This document shows positions 62,767 to 64,000 of a stretch of DNA of 64,000 nucleotides, in pieces (positions within the stretch are counted from its first letter, which is position 1; each line of letters begins with the position of its first letter). This DNA is from Bacillales bacterium UBA4951 (GTDB lineage Bacteria > Bacillota_I > Bacilli_A > RFN20 > CAG-826). The notes under the pieces were generated by a model. That model was not told the origin of the DNA and did no database searches. It saw only the letters and a list, made by a program, of their open reading frames with translations. The DNA is taken from contig DHAP01000051.1 in assembly GCA_002397465.1 (NCBI GenBank), positions 104,770-168,769 on the forward strand. The letters run 5' to 3'. Position numbers and translations under genes: made by a program.

Positions 62767-62792
62767 AGAAAAAAGGCGCCATCGCGGCGCCT
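62767..62792 (-). terminator. Rho-independent terminator after fmt
   Basis: AGGCGCC-ATCGC-GGCGCCT, with TTTTTTCTTT following on the - strand. Confidence 0.8.
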
Positions 62793-62808
62793 AATGTTCG
62801 AAAAGTCG

Positions 62809-63753
62809 CTATTCCATCAAAATATGGTCGGATAGATGGGCTCCGTTGATGAATGAAGAGGCGTCCATTTTCTTCTTGCCCTCTAGCTGAACGACGTCCA
62901 AAGAGAGCATCCCATCATAGAATTGGACGAGAAGTTTCTTTTTGTCAGGAACCACCTCGCCGACGGCTCTGATGACTTTCTTGTTTTCGATATGGCATTT
63001 ATATACTTTTAATTTCTTGCCTTCCAAAAGGAGATACGCTCCCGGTTCTTCGCTAAGTCCCCTAACGTAGTTAAAAGCGCCTCTGACTGATAGATAAAGC
63101 GGCAAATGCTCATCTTCTGGTTTTATTTTCGCGGCGATGGTCACGTCTTTTTCTTTTTGTTCTTCGCCTTTGAGCTCGCCGTTCGCGTACTTAAGGAGGT
63201 CGCGGCTGACCAACGCCTTGCCGGCTTCGGCCATCTTTTTGCATAAAGAAGTGTAATTGTCTTCGTCTTCTATTTTGATTTTCTCGATGTCGTAGGCCAC
63301 GCCGGCATCCATGGCGGCCACCATTTCCATAAGGGTGCATCCTGTCTCATCATCGCCAGCCATGATCGATCTTTGAATCGGGGCGGCTCCACGATATTTC
63401 GGCAGGATTGAGCCATGAAGATTGATGTTGCCGACTTTGGCGAGGTCGAGAAGCCCCTGGGGGATTATCTGACCATAAGCCATCGTCAGCAAAACGTCAT
63501 AACCGAGTGTTTTGGCGAATTCGAAATCCAGTCTGATTTTATGGGGCTGAAAAACCGGGATTCCATGGGCCAAGGCGACTTTTTTAGTTGGCACCGCCTC
63601 TTTATGTTTGTCGCGTCCGACTTCTTTGTCCTCTTGGCAGACCAGCCCGACCACGTCAAAACCTTCTTGGATGACGTGCTCAAGAATCTCGCCCGACATT
63701 TCCGGCGTCCCCATAAAAAGGACCTTAACATCATGATTGCTTTGGTATTTCAT
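62809..63753 (-). CDS. fmt: Methionyl-tRNA formyltransferase
   Basis: 314 aa. INLHGSILPKYRGAAPIQ is the Fmt formyltransferase signature. Confidence 0.93.
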   Translation of the reverse strand: MKYQSNHDVKVLFMGTPEMSGEILEHVIQEGFDVVGLVCQEDKEVGRDKHKEAVPTKKVALAHGIPVFQPHKIRLDFEFAKTLGYDVLLTMAYGQIIPQGLLDLAKVGNINLHGSILPKYRGAAPIQRSIMAGDDETGCTLMEMVAAMDAGVAYDIEKIKIEDEDNYTSLCKKMAEAGKALVSRDLLKYANGELKGEEQKEKDVTIAAKIKPEDEHLPLYLSVRGAFNYVRGLSEEPGAYLLLEGKKLKVYKCHIENKKVIRAVGEVVPDKKKLLVQFYDGMLSLDVVQLEGKKKMDASSFINGAHLSDHILME

Positions 63754-63828
63754 GTCTCTTTATCATCTTAGTTTACTAAGCGCCTCGTTGGTGTCTAAAT
63801 TATACCGCACCGAAAAGAGGCGATTGCA

Positions 63829-64000
63829 ATGATTTATGAACATATGAGCTCCCTTATAGGAAATACCCCGATACTCCATTTGGAGAAAGTCGGCGGGAAT
63901 GACATCTACGTCAAATTGGAGATGTTCAATCCTTCGGGCAGCGTAAAGGATCGAGTCGCTTTGATGATGATCGATGACCTTTTATCCTCAGGGAAATTGT
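63829..64000 (+). CDS. cysK: Cysteine synthase / O-acetylserine sulfhydrylase family protein, N-terminal fragment (3' end outside window)
   Basis: Hand translation: MIYEHMSSLIGNTPILHLEKVGGNDIYVKLEMFNPSGSVKDRVALMMIDDLLSSGKL. NPxGSVKDR contains the PLP-binding Lys. AAGAGG SD 9 nt upstream. Confidence 0.75.
   Translation, partial: MIYEHMSSLIGNTPILHLEKVGGNDIYVKLEMFNPSGSVKDRVALMMIDDLLSSGKL

Overview
This 64-kb chromosomal window comes from a compact genome that uses the standard code (TGA is a stop). Gene order is Bacillota-like. I call 62 CDS, two of them truncated by the window edges. Many neighbouring genes share ATGA start/stop overlaps. I saw no rRNA, tRNA, CRISPR array, transposase or prophage genes. 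Gene content is almost entirely housekeeping and follows the B. subtilis yqh/yqe/yqf gene order as I remember it. Left to right on the + strand: recJ-rel-hisS-aspS-tkt, the Asp23-family gene-nusB-xseAB-dxs, dinB-xerD-deoB, and an ABC lipoprotein/permease pair. From 18.5 kb onward, mostly on the - strand and read right to left: fmt, a DinG-like helicase, lepA, hemW, hrcA-grpE-dnaK-dnaJ, rsmE, mtaB, rpmF, deoC, rpsU, ybeY-cdd-era-recO-glyQS, dnaG-rpoD, trmK, a DEAD-box helicase gene, nfo, rpmG, efp, parE-parC, and yqeG-yqeH-yhbY-nadD/yqeK-rsfS. All product calls rest on motif and synteny recognition by eye; no homology search was run.

Main observations:
1. Gene orientation flips at about 18 kb. 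All 16 CDS to the left are on +, and 41 of 46 to the right are on -. The flip falls in the largest noncoding gap (680 bp), which carries a 28-nt dif-like XerC/D site. The window therefore probably spans the replication terminus.
2. Three perfect DnaA-box 9-mers occur, all inside AT-rich intergenic islands and embedded in a longer shared motif.
3. Many genes have a -10 hexamer 6-14 nt from the ATG and no Shine-Dalgarno sequence, so they look like leaderless or near-leaderless mRNAs.
4. Lineage-specific insertions or substitutions sit inside otherwise conserved synteny:
- a tandem rpoD paralog
- an orphan C39-peptidase/transmembrane protein with no ATPase domain
- a Fic-like protein with a degenerate active-site motif, plus a coupled acidic membrane protein
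- a PD-(D/E)XK nuclease fused to a DinG/XPD-type helicase
- a nadD-yqeK fusion

I found no self-contained multi-gene system, such as a defence island, that I can support from the sequence.
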